Positions 38,411 through 47,588 of a DNA stretch of 64,000 bases are shown here, in pieces. Position numbers and translations under genes: made by a program. The notes beneath the pieces are model-generated. The model searched no databases and was not told where the DNA came from. It saw nothing but the letters and a program-made list of their open reading frames with translations. The first letter of the stretch is position 1. Each line of letters begins with the position of its first letter. This stretch comes from Candidatus Woesebacteria bacterium (GTDB taxonomy: Bacteria; Patescibacteriota; Microgenomatia; UBA8517): positions 19,974 through 83,973 of the forward strand of contig JAGVAE010000002.1 of assembly GCA_020060565.1 (NCBI GenBank), read 5' to 3'.

Positions 38411-39373
38411 TCAAGCGTTTTTACGAGCAAGAACTTTTTTAACAGCCTCGACTATGTTTTTTGATTTCAAACCAAACTTTTCCCACAATTCCATTGGATC
38501 AAGAGATGATTCACCAAAGCAGTCATGTACTCCTATAAATTCAATTGGAACGGGATGTGTTTGGCAGACAACTTCAGAAACTGCACTCCCCAACCCCCCC
38601 ATTATTTGATGTTCTTCAACTGTTACAATTGCCTCGCAAATTCTAGCTGCATTAGTAATTGCAATGTCATCAATTGGTTTAATTGTATGATTATTAATAA
38701 CTATTGTTTCTATCCCCATCTCTTTTAAGTCTTTTGCGGCAGAGAGAGCTTCGGAAAGGATTGGGCCGCAACCGATTATCGCAACCTGGGGGTCACGTCC
38801 TTCATATAGTGTATTTGCTTTTCCTATCTCAAACTCTTGTCCCTCGAAGCCTTGGCGAAGTGGGGTCGTCAATTCAGGAGACTCCTGACGTGCCAATCTT
38901 AAATATGAAGGCTTTCCGTTACCTGCGATAGATATTGTGGCTTTTTTGGCTTCTTCATAGTCACAGGGAGAAACTACAACCATATTGGGGATTACCCGCA
39001 TGAGTGCAATGTCTTCCAATGATTGGTGTGTCGCTCCATACATTGAAGCACCAAAACCTGCATGGGCTCCTATTATTTTTACTGGGACATCATTAAGAGC
39101 CGCCGTAATTTTAATTTGTTCCCAGGTACGCCCTGGAGAAAAAACCGCATAACTGGTTGTAAATGGAATCTTTCCAGCTAAAGCCATTCCTGCGGCAACA
39201 GTAACAAGCGCTTGTTCCGCAACTCCCACCTGAAAAAATCTATCAGGAAAGGCTTCTGCAAATTCTTTTACTCTGGTTGACTCGGCAAGGTCGGCAGTCA
39301 AAACTACAACATCAGGGTTTTTATGCCCTATCTCAACCAGCGCCTCTCCAAAACCATCACGTATCGATTTCAT
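38411..39373 (-). CDS. tkt: transketolase, C-terminal subunit (split transketolase)
   Basis: Pyrimidine-binding and C-terminal domains (FFQVGVAEQALVTVAAGMA, FEIGKA). 320 aa. Contains the 27-nt repeat in frame (TTPLRQGFEG). Confidence 0.9.
   Translation of the reverse strand: MKSIRDGFGEALVEIGHKNPDVVVLTADLAESTRVKEFAEAFPDRFFQVGVAEQALVTVAAGMALAGKIPFTTSYAVFSPGRTWEQIKITAALNDVPVKIIGAHAGFGASMYGATHQSLEDIALMRVIPNMVVVSPCDYEEAKKATISIAGNGKPSYLRLARQESPELTTPLRQGFEGQEFEIGKANTLYEGRDPQVAIIGCGPILSEALSAAKDLKEMGIETIVINNHTIKPIDDIAITNAARICEAIVTVEEHQIMGGLGSAVSEVVCQTHPVPIEFIGVHDCFGESSLDPMELWEKFGLKSKNIVEAVKKVLARKNA
38841..38867. repeat. 27-nt exact repeat copy 2 (ccctcgaagccttggcgaagtggggtc) inside tkt C-subunit coding sequence
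   Basis: Identical to 6568..6594. The encoded segment RQESPELTTPLRQGFEGQE is about 6 aa longer than the usual loop before FEIGKA in transketolases. Confidence 0.7.
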
Positions 39374-40152
39374 TTGTTTAGTTCCTCCATAGCTTTTTGG
39401 TATTCTTCATCATTTGGTGCTTTTGCATGCCAGTCGGGGTTACCTTCCATGAAAGACATCCCCTTTCCGAACATTGTATTAGCAATAATTACCGTAGATT
39501 TTCCTTTTTCACTTTTAGCTTTTCCTACTGCAGTTAATATTTCATTGAAGTCGTGTCCATCAATTTCTATTACATTCCAATTACTGGAGATATATTTTTC
39601 TTTTAAGTTTCCTAAGGGCATAATTTCATCCGTCGTTCCTTCAATTTGGATGTTATTCTTGTCAACAAACTGAATTAAATTGTTTAATTTATATTTTGCT
39701 GCAAAGTTAACAGCTTCCCAGTGATTGCCTTCATTATGTTCCCCATCACTGGTCATACAATAAACAGTTGTATCCTTTTTTATAGCTGCATAACCCGCGG
39801 CTTGAGCAAGACCAATTCCAAGGGGACCTGATGTATTTTCAATCCCCTTTAGTTTTGTTCTTTCTGGATGACCCTGAAGTGGGGAGCCAAGGGATGAATA
39901 CGTTGATAGTGATTCTTTTGAGATTAAACCTTTCTCAGCCATAACTGCATATAGAGCTGGACAGACATGGCCATTTGAAAGAAAAAAACGGTCACTTTCT
40001 TTCATTGTCTCAAAATAAAGTGCAACCAAAATCTCAACTGCACTTAAAGAGCCTCCGGGGTGGCCTGTTTGGGCTTTATAGATCATCTCCACTACCGCCC
40101 GTCTTATTTTTTTAGCTTCATCTTGAAGTTTATTTAATGAAAGGTTGGTCAT
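39370..40152 (-). CDS. tkt: transketolase, N-terminal subunit (TPP-binding)
   Basis: GHPGGSLSAVEIL... and GDGE..EG..WEA TPP-binding motifs. 260 aa. Overlaps the C-subunit gene by 4 nt. Confidence 0.9.
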   Translation of the reverse strand: MTNLSLNKLQDEAKKIRRAVVEMIYKAQTGHPGGSLSAVEILVALYFETMKESDRFFLSNGHVCPALYAVMAEKGLISKESLSTYSSLGSPLQGHPERTKLKGIENTSGPLGIGLAQAAGYAAIKKDTTVYCMTSDGEHNEGNHWEAVNFAAKYKLNNLIQFVDKNNIQIEGTTDEIMPLGNLKEKYISSNWNVIEIDGHDFNEILTAVGKAKSEKGKSTVIIANTMFGKGMSFMEGNPDWHAKAPNDEEYQKAMEELNK

Positions 40153-40774
40153 ATTTATCTACCTCACCATCTTTGCTTCTGTCACGTGTTGCCATTTTCA
40201 TTTCAAACTTTTGAATTGTTGAGGCTACCTCTTCTTTGGTTCTACATATTTCAAACACTGACATTTCTACTGCATCTATATACATATTCTTTTTAAACGC
40301 ATCAATTATCTCTACCCAAAAGTCACCAAATAGAATAAATGGTTTATGTCTGGGAGCATATAATTTTGCTAATACCCAAGCTGTTCCGAATTCACTAATG
40401 GTTCCACTTCCACCCTTAAAGATAATAAATACATCACTATATTCCATTAGCTTAAACATGCGTTCAATGTAGTTTGTTGTAACCACCTCTTTGTCCGTAA
40501 CGTTACCAATATATTTGCCTTCAAATCCGGGGGCATTTACTGGATCAAAGGTTACAGATATAGTTTTCCCTCCCCCCTTTTTTGCCCCACTAGTTGCAGC
40601 TTCCATTACTCCCGGCCCTCCTCCATCAACTATTACATATCCTTCTTTGGCCAACATCTCACTAACATCAAAGGCACATTTATAAGTTTCATCTGCTTCT
40701 GAGATATCAGCGTCACCAAAAAAAGCTATATTTTTAATAAATTTTTGACTGGCGTATTTTATTTGTTCTTCCAT
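40130..40774 (-). CDS. LOG family protein (TIGR00730; cytokinin riboside 5'-monophosphate phosphoribohydrolase-like)
   Basis: GGGPGVMEA and GGSGTISEF (PGGxGTxxE) motifs. Confidence 0.8.
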   Translation of the reverse strand: MEEQIKYASQKFIKNIAFFGDADISEADETYKCAFDVSEMLAKEGYVIVDGGGPGVMEAATSGAKKGGGKTISVTFDPVNAPGFEGKYIGNVTDKEVVTTNYIERMFKLMEYSDVFIIFKGGSGTISEFGTAWVLAKLYAPRHKPFILFGDFWVEIIDAFKKNMYIDAVEMSVFEICRTKEEVASTIQKFEMKMATRDRSKDGEVDKYDQPFIK

Positions 40775-41892
40775 GATAAAGATAGGGGGTCAGTTGGAAC
40801 GGAATTTCCTTCTAAATTTCTTCCAACCCTAATTACTTGTTCTACTAGTCTACTGGCATATCCCCACTCATTGTCATACCAGGCAAAAATTTTAACCATA
40901 TTTCCCGCAACTACTTGCGTTAACCCAAGATCTACTATTGAAGACTCGCTTCTGCCAATAATATCACTTGAAACTAAATCTTCCTCAGTAACTGCTAATA
41001 TTCCCTTATATAAGGCATTTTGCGTAGCATCTTTTAGGGCCTGATTTACCTCTTCTTTAGTGACATTCTTTTTAAGTAAAAATGTAAAGTCGGTTATAGA
41101 ACCCGTGGCAACGGGAACACGAAGAGCCATACCATCAAAGATTCCTTTAAGCTCTGGTATGGTTTCTGTTGTTGCGATGGCAGCGCCTGTTGAGGTTGGA
41201 ACAATATTCATCCCTGCCGCCCGCGCGCGCCTTAAATCCTTATGACTTCCATCTTGTAGGTTTTGGTCATCTGTATATGCATGGATTGTTGTCATCATTG
41301 CCTTTTCAATTCCGAACTTGGAATGAATTACTGCAGCAACAGGGGCAACACAATTAGTCGTACAAGAAGCGTTAGAGATTACAATTCCTTGAGGAATTTG
41401 ATTTTCAACCTCGTTTACTCCCAGTACATATGTTCCAACATTGTCTCCTTTGGCTGGAGCTGAGATTACTACACGTTTGGCTCCCCCAATTGCATGTTTC
41501 TTTGCTCCTTCTTCGTCTGTAAAATGCCCCGTAGCCTCAATAACAACATCCACTCCATACTTTCCCCATGGAATTTTTGCAGGATCTTTTTGGGCAAGAA
41601 TTGGAACTTTAACATTCTTCTCTGAAACCATTAATTCCCCTATCAGAGGATCCTCATCTGTTGCGTCTTTTGGATCTTTTATTTCATTAGCCTTCACCAA
41701 ATACTCAAACTTTCTATACATCGTATCGTGATTGGTAAGAGCTGCCCAACCTGCCGTATTCATACTCCCTGAAGTGTTTATTGCAACAAACTGTATTTCA
41801 TCAGAATGTTTGAGGATACCAATCCTAAAAGCTATTCTTCCAATTCTCCCAAATCCATTTATTCCTACTTTAACCATGTTGTATTCCTGCAC
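40759..41892 (-). CDS. gap: glyceraldehyde-3-phosphate dehydrogenase, type I
   Basis: VKVGINGFGRIGR and active-site SNASCTTNCVAP. Start probably MVKVGING (M6). Confidence 0.9.
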   Translation of the reverse strand: MQEYNMVKVGINGFGRIGRIAFRIGILKHSDEIQFVAINTSGSMNTAGWAALTNHDTMYRKFEYLVKANEIKDPKDATDEDPLIGELMVSEKNVKVPILAQKDPAKIPWGKYGVDVVIEATGHFTDEEGAKKHAIGGAKRVVISAPAKGDNVGTYVLGVNEVENQIPQGIVISNASCTTNCVAPVAAVIHSKFGIEKAMMTTIHAYTDDQNLQDGSHKDLRRARAAGMNIVPTSTGAAIATTETIPELKGIFDGMALRVPVATGSITDFTFLLKKNVTKEEVNQALKDATQNALYKGILAVTEEDLVSSDIIGRSESSIVDLGLTQVVAGNMVKIFAWYDNEWGYASRLVEQVIRVGRNLEGNSVPTDPLSLSWKNK

Positions 41893-41953
41893 AACATGGG
41901 AAAATCTCCCACCATTTGAGCATTAAAATCATTATACAAGTATAATAGTAGCC

Positions 41954-42640
41954 ATGAAAGTATCTGTCGTGGTTCCTGCGTACAATGAGGAGCTTTTTAT
42001 AGGTAGATGCTTGGGAAGTTTGGTGGGGCAAAGTGTTAAACCTGATGAAATAATTGTGGTAGACAATAACTCGACAGATAAAACTGCAGAAATTGCAAAA
42101 AGATTCCGTGTAAGAATTGTTAAAGAAAAAGTCCAAGGCATGACACATGCTAGAAACCGCGGATTTAATGAGGCTAAGTATGAGATTATCGCCAGGTGTG
42201 ACGCAGACGTTGTAGTTCCTGCTGATTGGATTGAAAGAATTAAAAAGAACTTTAATAGAAAGAAAATAGACGCCCTATCAGGCCCTGTTGCCTATACAGA
42301 TTCTCCGTTCATTACCCACTCTCCTCTTCCCTCCAAAGTCTATCTTGAGTCTCTAAGACTTCTTTCTAAGGGCAATAGATATTTGGTTGGGCCAAATATG
42401 TCACTAACTAAAGAGATCTGGAAAAAGGTAAAAGATATAGTTAACACCGATGACTCAAAGGTACATGAAGATATTGACCTGTCTTTAAAAATTGCAAAGA
42501 TTGGAGGAAAAATTGGATATGATCCAAAATTGATTGTAAGTAGCAGCGCCCGAAGAATTGTAGGCAAGCCCCAGTCTTTTTTTATTGAATATTCTGCAAG
42601 AGCAATCAATACATTCTTAATAAATGGCAAGAATGATTAA
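41954..42640 (+). CDS. glycosyltransferase family 2
   Basis: VSVVVPAYNEELFIGRCL...IVVDNNSTD...DAD. Its TATAAT ends 9 nt before the ATG, so the mRNA is probably leaderless or has a short leader. Confidence 0.8.
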   Translation: MKVSVVVPAYNEELFIGRCLGSLVGQSVKPDEIIVVDNNSTDKTAEIAKRFRVRIVKEKVQGMTHARNRGFNEAKYEIIARCDADVVVPADWIERIKKNFNRKKIDALSGPVAYTDSPFITHSPLPSKVYLESLRLLSKGNRYLVGPNMSLTKEIWKKVKDIVNTDDSKVHEDIDLSLKIAKIGGKIGYDPKLIVSSSARRIVGKPQSFFIEYSARAINTFLINGKND

Positions 42641-43608
42641 TTAGTTTGTTTTTGAAGTGCTTCTATTCCTGGAAGGGTTTTTTTGGAGAGAAATTCAAGC
42701 ATTGCTCCTCCCCCTACCGAAACCCAATCAAATTTATCTATTAAATTCAATTTAGCTATAACCACCAAGCTATCTCCTCCACCAGTAATTCTAAAGGCAG
42801 TCGAATTAGAAACGGCTTTAAAGATTCTCTCAGTCCCTTGCATATGACCTGGGTTTTCATACTTACCCATTGGCCCTGCAAGAACAATTGTTCCTGCACT
42901 TTTAACCTCTTTTTCAAAAACCTCAATTGAATTTAAGGTTATGTCTTCTTTATCTTGAACCAAGTTCCCAATCAAAAGTTTTTCATCTTTTTTCTGAAGC
43001 CTAATACTTTCAAGCGCACTATCACCATAATATTCAGGAAGCTTGCCTCCAATTAGTATCAAATCTGCCATGCTTTTAAGAAATTCTATATATTTTGGCT
43101 TATCTTTTTTAGATCCCCCAATTACAAATAATAGGGGTCTTTTCGGATTTTCAAAAACTTTACTTAAGTTTTCTATTTCACTAACAAATCTAAATCCAAA
43201 AGCACTGGGAAGAAGTTTTGGGAGGCCAACAATACTGGCATGGTCACGATGAGAGGAAGCAAAAGCTTCATTTACATAAACATCCCCCATGGAAGCTAGT
43301 TTTTTTGCAAATTCAAGATCGTTGCTTTCTTCTCCAGGATCAAAACGGAGATTTTCATAAACCCTTACCCCCCATTTATCAAAAATTGACTGAAAGGGTT
43401 TCAAACTCAAACTTTCATCCACTTTTCCACCAGGTCGACCACGATGAGATAAAATCATTGTTTGTGCTCCTTTTTCTTTTAGAAAGTTTAGTGTCTCCTC
43501 AGAGGCTTTTATTCTTAATTCATTTGGATCAGGATCACAATCAAGATCAAGACGAAGAAGGACTCTTTTACCTGAAACATCTAAATCAGTTAGTTTGGGC
43601 AGATCCAT
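42637..43608 (-). CDS. pgk: phosphoglycerate kinase (short form)
   Basis: GKRVLLRLDLD..., ILSHRGRP, and C-terminal GGGDS / SVGGGAMLEFL motifs. Only 323 aa. Confidence 0.75.
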   Translation of the reverse strand: MDLPKLTDLDVSGKRVLLRLDLDCDPDPNELRIKASEETLNFLKEKGAQTMILSHRGRPGGKVDESLSLKPFQSIFDKWGVRVYENLRFDPGEESNDLEFAKKLASMGDVYVNEAFASSHRDHASIVGLPKLLPSAFGFRFVSEIENLSKVFENPKRPLLFVIGGSKKDKPKYIEFLKSMADLILIGGKLPEYYGDSALESIRLQKKDEKLLIGNLVQDKEDITLNSIEVFEKEVKSAGTIVLAGPMGKYENPGHMQGTERIFKAVSNSTAFRITGGGDSLVVIAKLNLIDKFDWVSVGGGAMLEFLSKKTLPGIEALQKQTN

Positions 43609-43620
43609 AATTTTGGGGTT

Positions 43621-44070
43621 TTAGTTATTCGCTTCGATTTTTTCTATCTCTTCAAGCCTTCTCTCATACTTAGCTTTGCCTGAAAATTTTGTTTCAAGGA
43701 AGGCAATTAGCATTGCTTTGGCTTCTTTTTCAATTGTATAGTCAGCTGCAATTACTAGCACATTCATATCATCATCATTTCTTCCCGCCTCAATCTGAAA
43801 AACATCTTTCCCGATTGCCGCTCTTATGCCGTCAAATTTATTGGCAACAATTTCAACTCCCACTCCACTTCCACAAAGGAGAATCCCACGGCTACCTTCG
43901 TTTTGCGCAACCAAGGAGGCTACTTCTTGAGCATATTTAGTGTAGTCGTCTTTGGGATCGTAAGATTGAGCACCTAAATCTAAGAAAGGCTTCTCCATTT
44001 CAAAAAGCCATTTAGCAATTTTCTCTTTTAATTCATAGCCTCTATGATCTGCTCCTAAATATATCTTCAT
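43621..44070 (-). CDS. rpiB: ribose-5-phosphate isomerase B (RpiB/LacAB family)
   Basis: MKIYLGADHRGYELKEKI...LLCGSGVG typical of RpiB. Confidence 0.85.
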   Translation of the reverse strand: MKIYLGADHRGYELKEKIAKWLFEMEKPFLDLGAQSYDPKDDYTKYAQEVASLVAQNEGSRGILLCGSGVGVEIVANKFDGIRAAIGKDVFQIEAGRNDDDMNVLVIAADYTIEKEAKAMLIAFLETKFSGKAKYERRLEEIEKIEANN

Positions 44071-44076
44071 GGTTCG

Positions 44077-44736
44077 TTATTGAAAACCTGCTACTAAATC
44101 CAATAATTCTTTTTTGGGATCAACTGCTTTAACAATGTCTGTAGCTACTGCAACACCGACTGCTCCAAGTTCCATGCTCTTTTTTACATCCCCCATTGAA
44201 CTTATTCCAGCCCCAACTATTAGAGGAAGACCAAAACTTCTAGCAATTTCTCCTGCTTGGGTTATTATTTCAGGCTTGGCTTGAGCTACTGAGATTGTAG
44301 TTGAACCAACAAGTTCTGCAGGTTCATAAGATACATAAGTTGGAGCTAATCTGCAAATGTTTTTTAATTCTTCTAAATTGTTAGCAAAAATTAGGGTCTT
44401 TAAATTTGCTGCCATTGCTTTCTCGTTTGCTGCATAAAGACTGTCAAAATTATCAAATTTGTGTTCACTGTGGTTTAAGAAGACTCCCAATATTCCTATC
44501 TTTGCCACTTCCTCTGGTAGAGTCCAACCTGTGTGGGCTCCATATGTAATCGGGTCAACGTGTTGGATCCAAACTTCAAGCGTAGTTGAAGCAGTTACCA
44601 TTTCTGCATCAATAATTTGAACTACTGGGATAATTTTTATCTGAGAAGTACGCGCAACTTCTTCTAAGATTTTTGTAAGAGCAACTGCGGCTTGGCCAGA
44701 ACCCTGTTCGTATGTTTTATAATTCACAAATATCAT
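44077..44736 (-). CDS. tpiA: triosephosphate isomerase, archaeal-type short form
   Basis: MIFVNYKTYEQG N-terminus, LNHSEHK (compare NHSERR) and YEPAELVGS (compare YEPVWAIGTG). 219 aa. Confidence 0.65.
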   Translation of the reverse strand: MIFVNYKTYEQGSGQAAVALTKILEEVARTSQIKIIPVVQIIDAEMVTASTTLEVWIQHVDPITYGAHTGWTLPEEVAKIGILGVFLNHSEHKFDNFDSLYAANEKAMAANLKTLIFANNLEELKNICRLAPTYVSYEPAELVGSTTISVAQAKPEIITQAGEIARSFGLPLIVGAGISSMGDVKKSMELGAVGVAVATDIVKAVDPKKELLDLVAGFQ

Positions 44737-44771
44737 AAATTAAAAGCAATATCAGAAACTTGTAATACCTG

Positions 44772-45029
44772 TTATACCCGATTTACTTGTAATACTTTAT
44801 CTATTTTTCCCTTGTCAAATCCCAAGATAGTTTCGCGAGTTCCATCGTCTTTGGTAATTATTATAAAGGGAACCCCAAAAAATCCCCCCGAAGCTTCTCC
44901 CATTTCTTTTTGGGCAGCATCATCTATATCTACTAGTTTTTCAGTGAATGAAACATTCTTTGAAGTGAGATAATCCTTCAGTGCTTTGCAAAAAGGACAA
45001 ACCGATGTGGAATAAATGATTACTGTCAT
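44772..45029 (-). CDS. glutaredoxin-like protein (NrdH/YruB-type)
   Basis: IIYSTSVCPFCKALKDYL CPFC redox motif. 85 aa. Confidence 0.75.
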   Translation of the reverse strand: MTVIIYSTSVCPFCKALKDYLTSKNVSFTEKLVDIDDAAQKEMGEASGGFFGVPFIIITKDDGTRETILGFDKGKIDKVLQVNRV

Positions 45030-45053
45030 TTGTACTAACTCATTGTAGATGAA

Positions 45054-45509
45054 TTAGAATGAGCCTTCAAGGACGCGGGTTGTCCCAAGCACAACTATTA
45101 CTTTATTGTAGCCTGGGAATTTTGAGGAGGTGTATTCCAAAAGATAACCAGCCTTTGATATTCTCATGCTTCCAATATTAACTGTTTCACCTTTCGAGTT
45201 TTCAAGCAATACCTGATACTTTTGTCCATTTGTAGGTTCTGGTAAATTAGCTACGACTTCCGTTCTTGTTGCAATTCCAATTGAACTTCCACCAGTTACG
45301 TCATGTAAATTAGCCTTCTCTACTCCATCAGGAATATTGAAATTAGAAAAAGTTTTTCTTATCTGTTCAGAAATATTTGGAGTTGGAAGGGGTTGACTTA
45401 TATTTTTAGTGTTTCTTACTTTAACAATCCACAAAATACCTGCAATCAAGATTACTAAAAATATAAATCCTATGACAATATCTCGTGTTTTCATAATATA
45501 CTTATACAC
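45054..45509 (-). CDS. hypothetical membrane-anchored protein
   Basis: N-terminal TM helix. TTGACA-17-TATTTT promoter-like sequence upstream on the minus strand. Confidence 0.45.
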   Translation of the reverse strand: MYKYIMKTRDIVIGFIFLVILIAGILWIVKVRNTKNISQPLPTPNISEQIRKTFSNFNIPDGVEKANLHDVTGGSSIGIATRTEVVANLPEPTNGQKYQVLLENSKGETVNIGSMRISKAGYLLEYTSSKFPGYNKVIVVLGTTRVLEGSF

Positions 45510-45618
45510 TTATAAACAGATATTACAAGCTCCGCTTATTCGTGGCTAAAAATAGCACCACTTTCGAATCTTGTCAAGTTTTTTTTACCGCAGATTTAAC
45601 GCGTAAAAAACGCAAGGC

Positions 45619-45798
45619 TCAACTTAGCTTCAAATAAATAGCGAATGCCACAAGGACAAGGGAAACCAAAAGCCATTGGGTTGCTGCCAACCAAATATCT
45701 GGGCCTATCCAACCTTCTGCAGCCATTAAAACTGCCAGCCCTGATCCATACATTAAATATTTGGAAATATTGGATTTGGTATTTTTACTAAATTTCAT
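45619..45798 (-). CDS. small membrane protein (hypothetical), start taken at MKFSKNT
   Basis: 59 aa with two TM segments. Preceded by GGAGGGGGG-8nt-ATG. The longer ORF to 45864 would translate the GC-rich element. Confidence 0.4.
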   Translation of the reverse strand: MKFSKNTKSNISKYLMYGSGLAVLMAAEGWIGPDIWLAATQWLLVSLVLVAFAIYLKLS

Positions 45799-45808
45799 AT
45801 TGCTCACC

Positions 45809-45843
45809 CCCCTCCGGGCCAGAGGCCCCATGGGCCGGCGGCC
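45809..45843. repeat. GC-rich alternative-hairpin element, copy B (CCCTCCGGGCC-aga-GGCCC-cat-GGGCC-GGCGG)
   Basis: Same stem segments as copy A with different loops. The 3' GGAGG(GGGG) arm in gene sense doubles as the SD for MKFSKNT. Confidence 0.6.
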
Positions 45844-45983
45844 TTTCTTATTTAATATTAGCACTTGACGAAGAAGTTAGTTAAAAGTAAATTGAACAAG
45901 TTGGTGAATTACGGTGTAATTCCGTAGATGTGCCGCAACTGTATATCCAGAGCCCAATTTAGCTTAGAAACCCGAGCAGGAAA

Positions 45984-46955
45984 ATGAAAAAAGAAAGAAT
46001 TAAACTTTTTGATACTTCTCTTTACAAACATAGTAATCCTGGTGTTGTTGCGGAAGACTTAGCTGGACTCTATATTGAAGCTGGAGATTCCACTTTATCC
46101 GAAAGAATTAATGCTAGAAAATTAAAAATACTTGATAGTAAGATTGTAGATCCTAAAACCAATAAAGAACTGCCTGGGAACTTAAAACGTTCTACTGTAT
46201 TGGACAACATGGAGGCGGATTCAGCAGAATCTTTTTACAAACAAATAGTCGATGGTAGTATTATAACCATTTCCTTTAGTCCCCCTGGAGGAATTTCTCC
46301 ATACAAAGAGGGTAGAATTAATGTTGGGTACAGATCATCACACGATGAAATGGAATTTTACGGAATCCCAACCAAGATGTCTTCTGGGGAAATGTATGCA
46401 AGAAGTGTTATATTGTCTGAATTTTCCAATTTACCTTTCTCAGAAATCAAAAATTCTGAACAGTTAAGACAAATATCTTTGCCTATTTCAATTCCTTCAA
46501 TAGAAGAGTCACCTTGGGATTTTTTAGAAGAAGTATTACCACTCGACAGTAACGCTTGGGAACATATTAGAAACGGTAAACCTTGGATTATTAAAGAGAA
46601 GGCATTGAGAGATGCCTCACTTTTTGCACCCACAATGTTTAGGATGATTTATTCAGCAAGAACTGAAAATGATTATATTGTTGCTGGTATCTATGGAGAA
46701 AAAAACATGGAACAAATGGGATGGAAATTGAATTCTGGATCGTGTCCAGGTAAAACAAATTCACAACTGGCAGATCCAGTTTCAACAAACGAAAGAAAAT
46801 TTGTCACCGATGCGTTTGGAAATACCAGAGAGGTTACAGAATCATCTTTCCCCTGTCCAAGATGTGGAGGTTCAATCTCCTCGGGGTTTGGTATTACAAC
46901 TTGTCCACATTGTGGACTAACAAAAGAGCAGGCGGGATCAACGTGTGGATCTTAA
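45984..46955 (+). CDS. hypothetical protein with C-terminal zinc-ribbon (CPRCGG...CPHCG)
   Basis: 323 aa. Only the terminal 4-Cys cluster is recognisable. The inverted repeat GAATTACggtGTAATTC in its upstream region is noted. Confidence 0.5.
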   Translation: MKKERIKLFDTSLYKHSNPGVVAEDLAGLYIEAGDSTLSERINARKLKILDSKIVDPKTNKELPGNLKRSTVLDNMEADSAESFYKQIVDGSIITISFSPPGGISPYKEGRINVGYRSSHDEMEFYGIPTKMSSGEMYARSVILSEFSNLPFSEIKNSEQLRQISLPISIPSIEESPWDFLEEVLPLDSNAWEHIRNGKPWIIKEKALRDASLFAPTMFRMIYSARTENDYIVAGIYGEKNMEQMGWKLNSGSCPGKTNSQLADPVSTNERKFVTDAFGNTREVTESSFPCPRCGGSISSGFGITTCPHCGLTKEQAGSTCGS

Positions 46956-47572
46956 TATCTCTCTCCTTTGGGTTTTAGGACAAATGGCTTGATACTATTT
47001 ATCTCTAACGGTTTTTGTTTATAAGTAAAAAGGATTTTATCGATATAGTTTCCTAGATCACGGTAAAAATAAACATCTTTTATCTCAATATCGTCAGCCG
47101 TTACTGTATCAATTGGAGTATCTTCTGCAGTTCTAATACTGGTTCTTGCATGAACAATGATATTTCCTATTGCCATTTGCTTAAAAACAAAATTACTTGG
47201 ATAAGTTTTTACTTTTACTACCTCGTCCCAAGTAAGGGTTCTACTGTTGGTTGCAAAAAGGGTTGTGGGTTCAAAACGAACCAACCTTCTATCGGTAATG
47301 TATGCAATCTCGCGTGATTCCCAATCAAGTACTATTTTGATTCCAATCACAATGATTAACAAAAATAGAACTATTCCCATTGTTATAAATAATCCACCTA
47401 TACTTTCAATTTGTTTGCCTATTACGATTAATGCAAGAGAAACAATTATCGCTATCGAACAAATCTTTACGAGATTAAAAATGGTAGCCAGGGGATGAGG
47501 ATGAACAACATAGAGAATTTTTTCATCGGTTTGTTTACCGTAGAAATCTGTTTCTGTGTTGTGCATGGACAT
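46952..47572 (-). CDS. membrane protein with bacterial PH (YdbS/YdbT-like) domain
   Basis: Two TM helices followed by a roughly 110-aa PH-like region. Confidence 0.5.
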   Translation of the reverse strand: MSMHNTETDFYGKQTDEKILYVVHPHPLATIFNLVKICSIAIIVSLALIVIGKQIESIGGLFITMGIVLFLLIIVIGIKIVLDWESREIAYITDRRLVRFEPTTLFATNSRTLTWDEVVKVKTYPSNFVFKQMAIGNIIVHARTSIRTAEDTPIDTVTADDIEIKDVYFYRDLGNYIDKILFTYKQKPLEINSIKPFVLKPKGERY

Positions 47573-47588
47573 ACCTAAATTATATATC

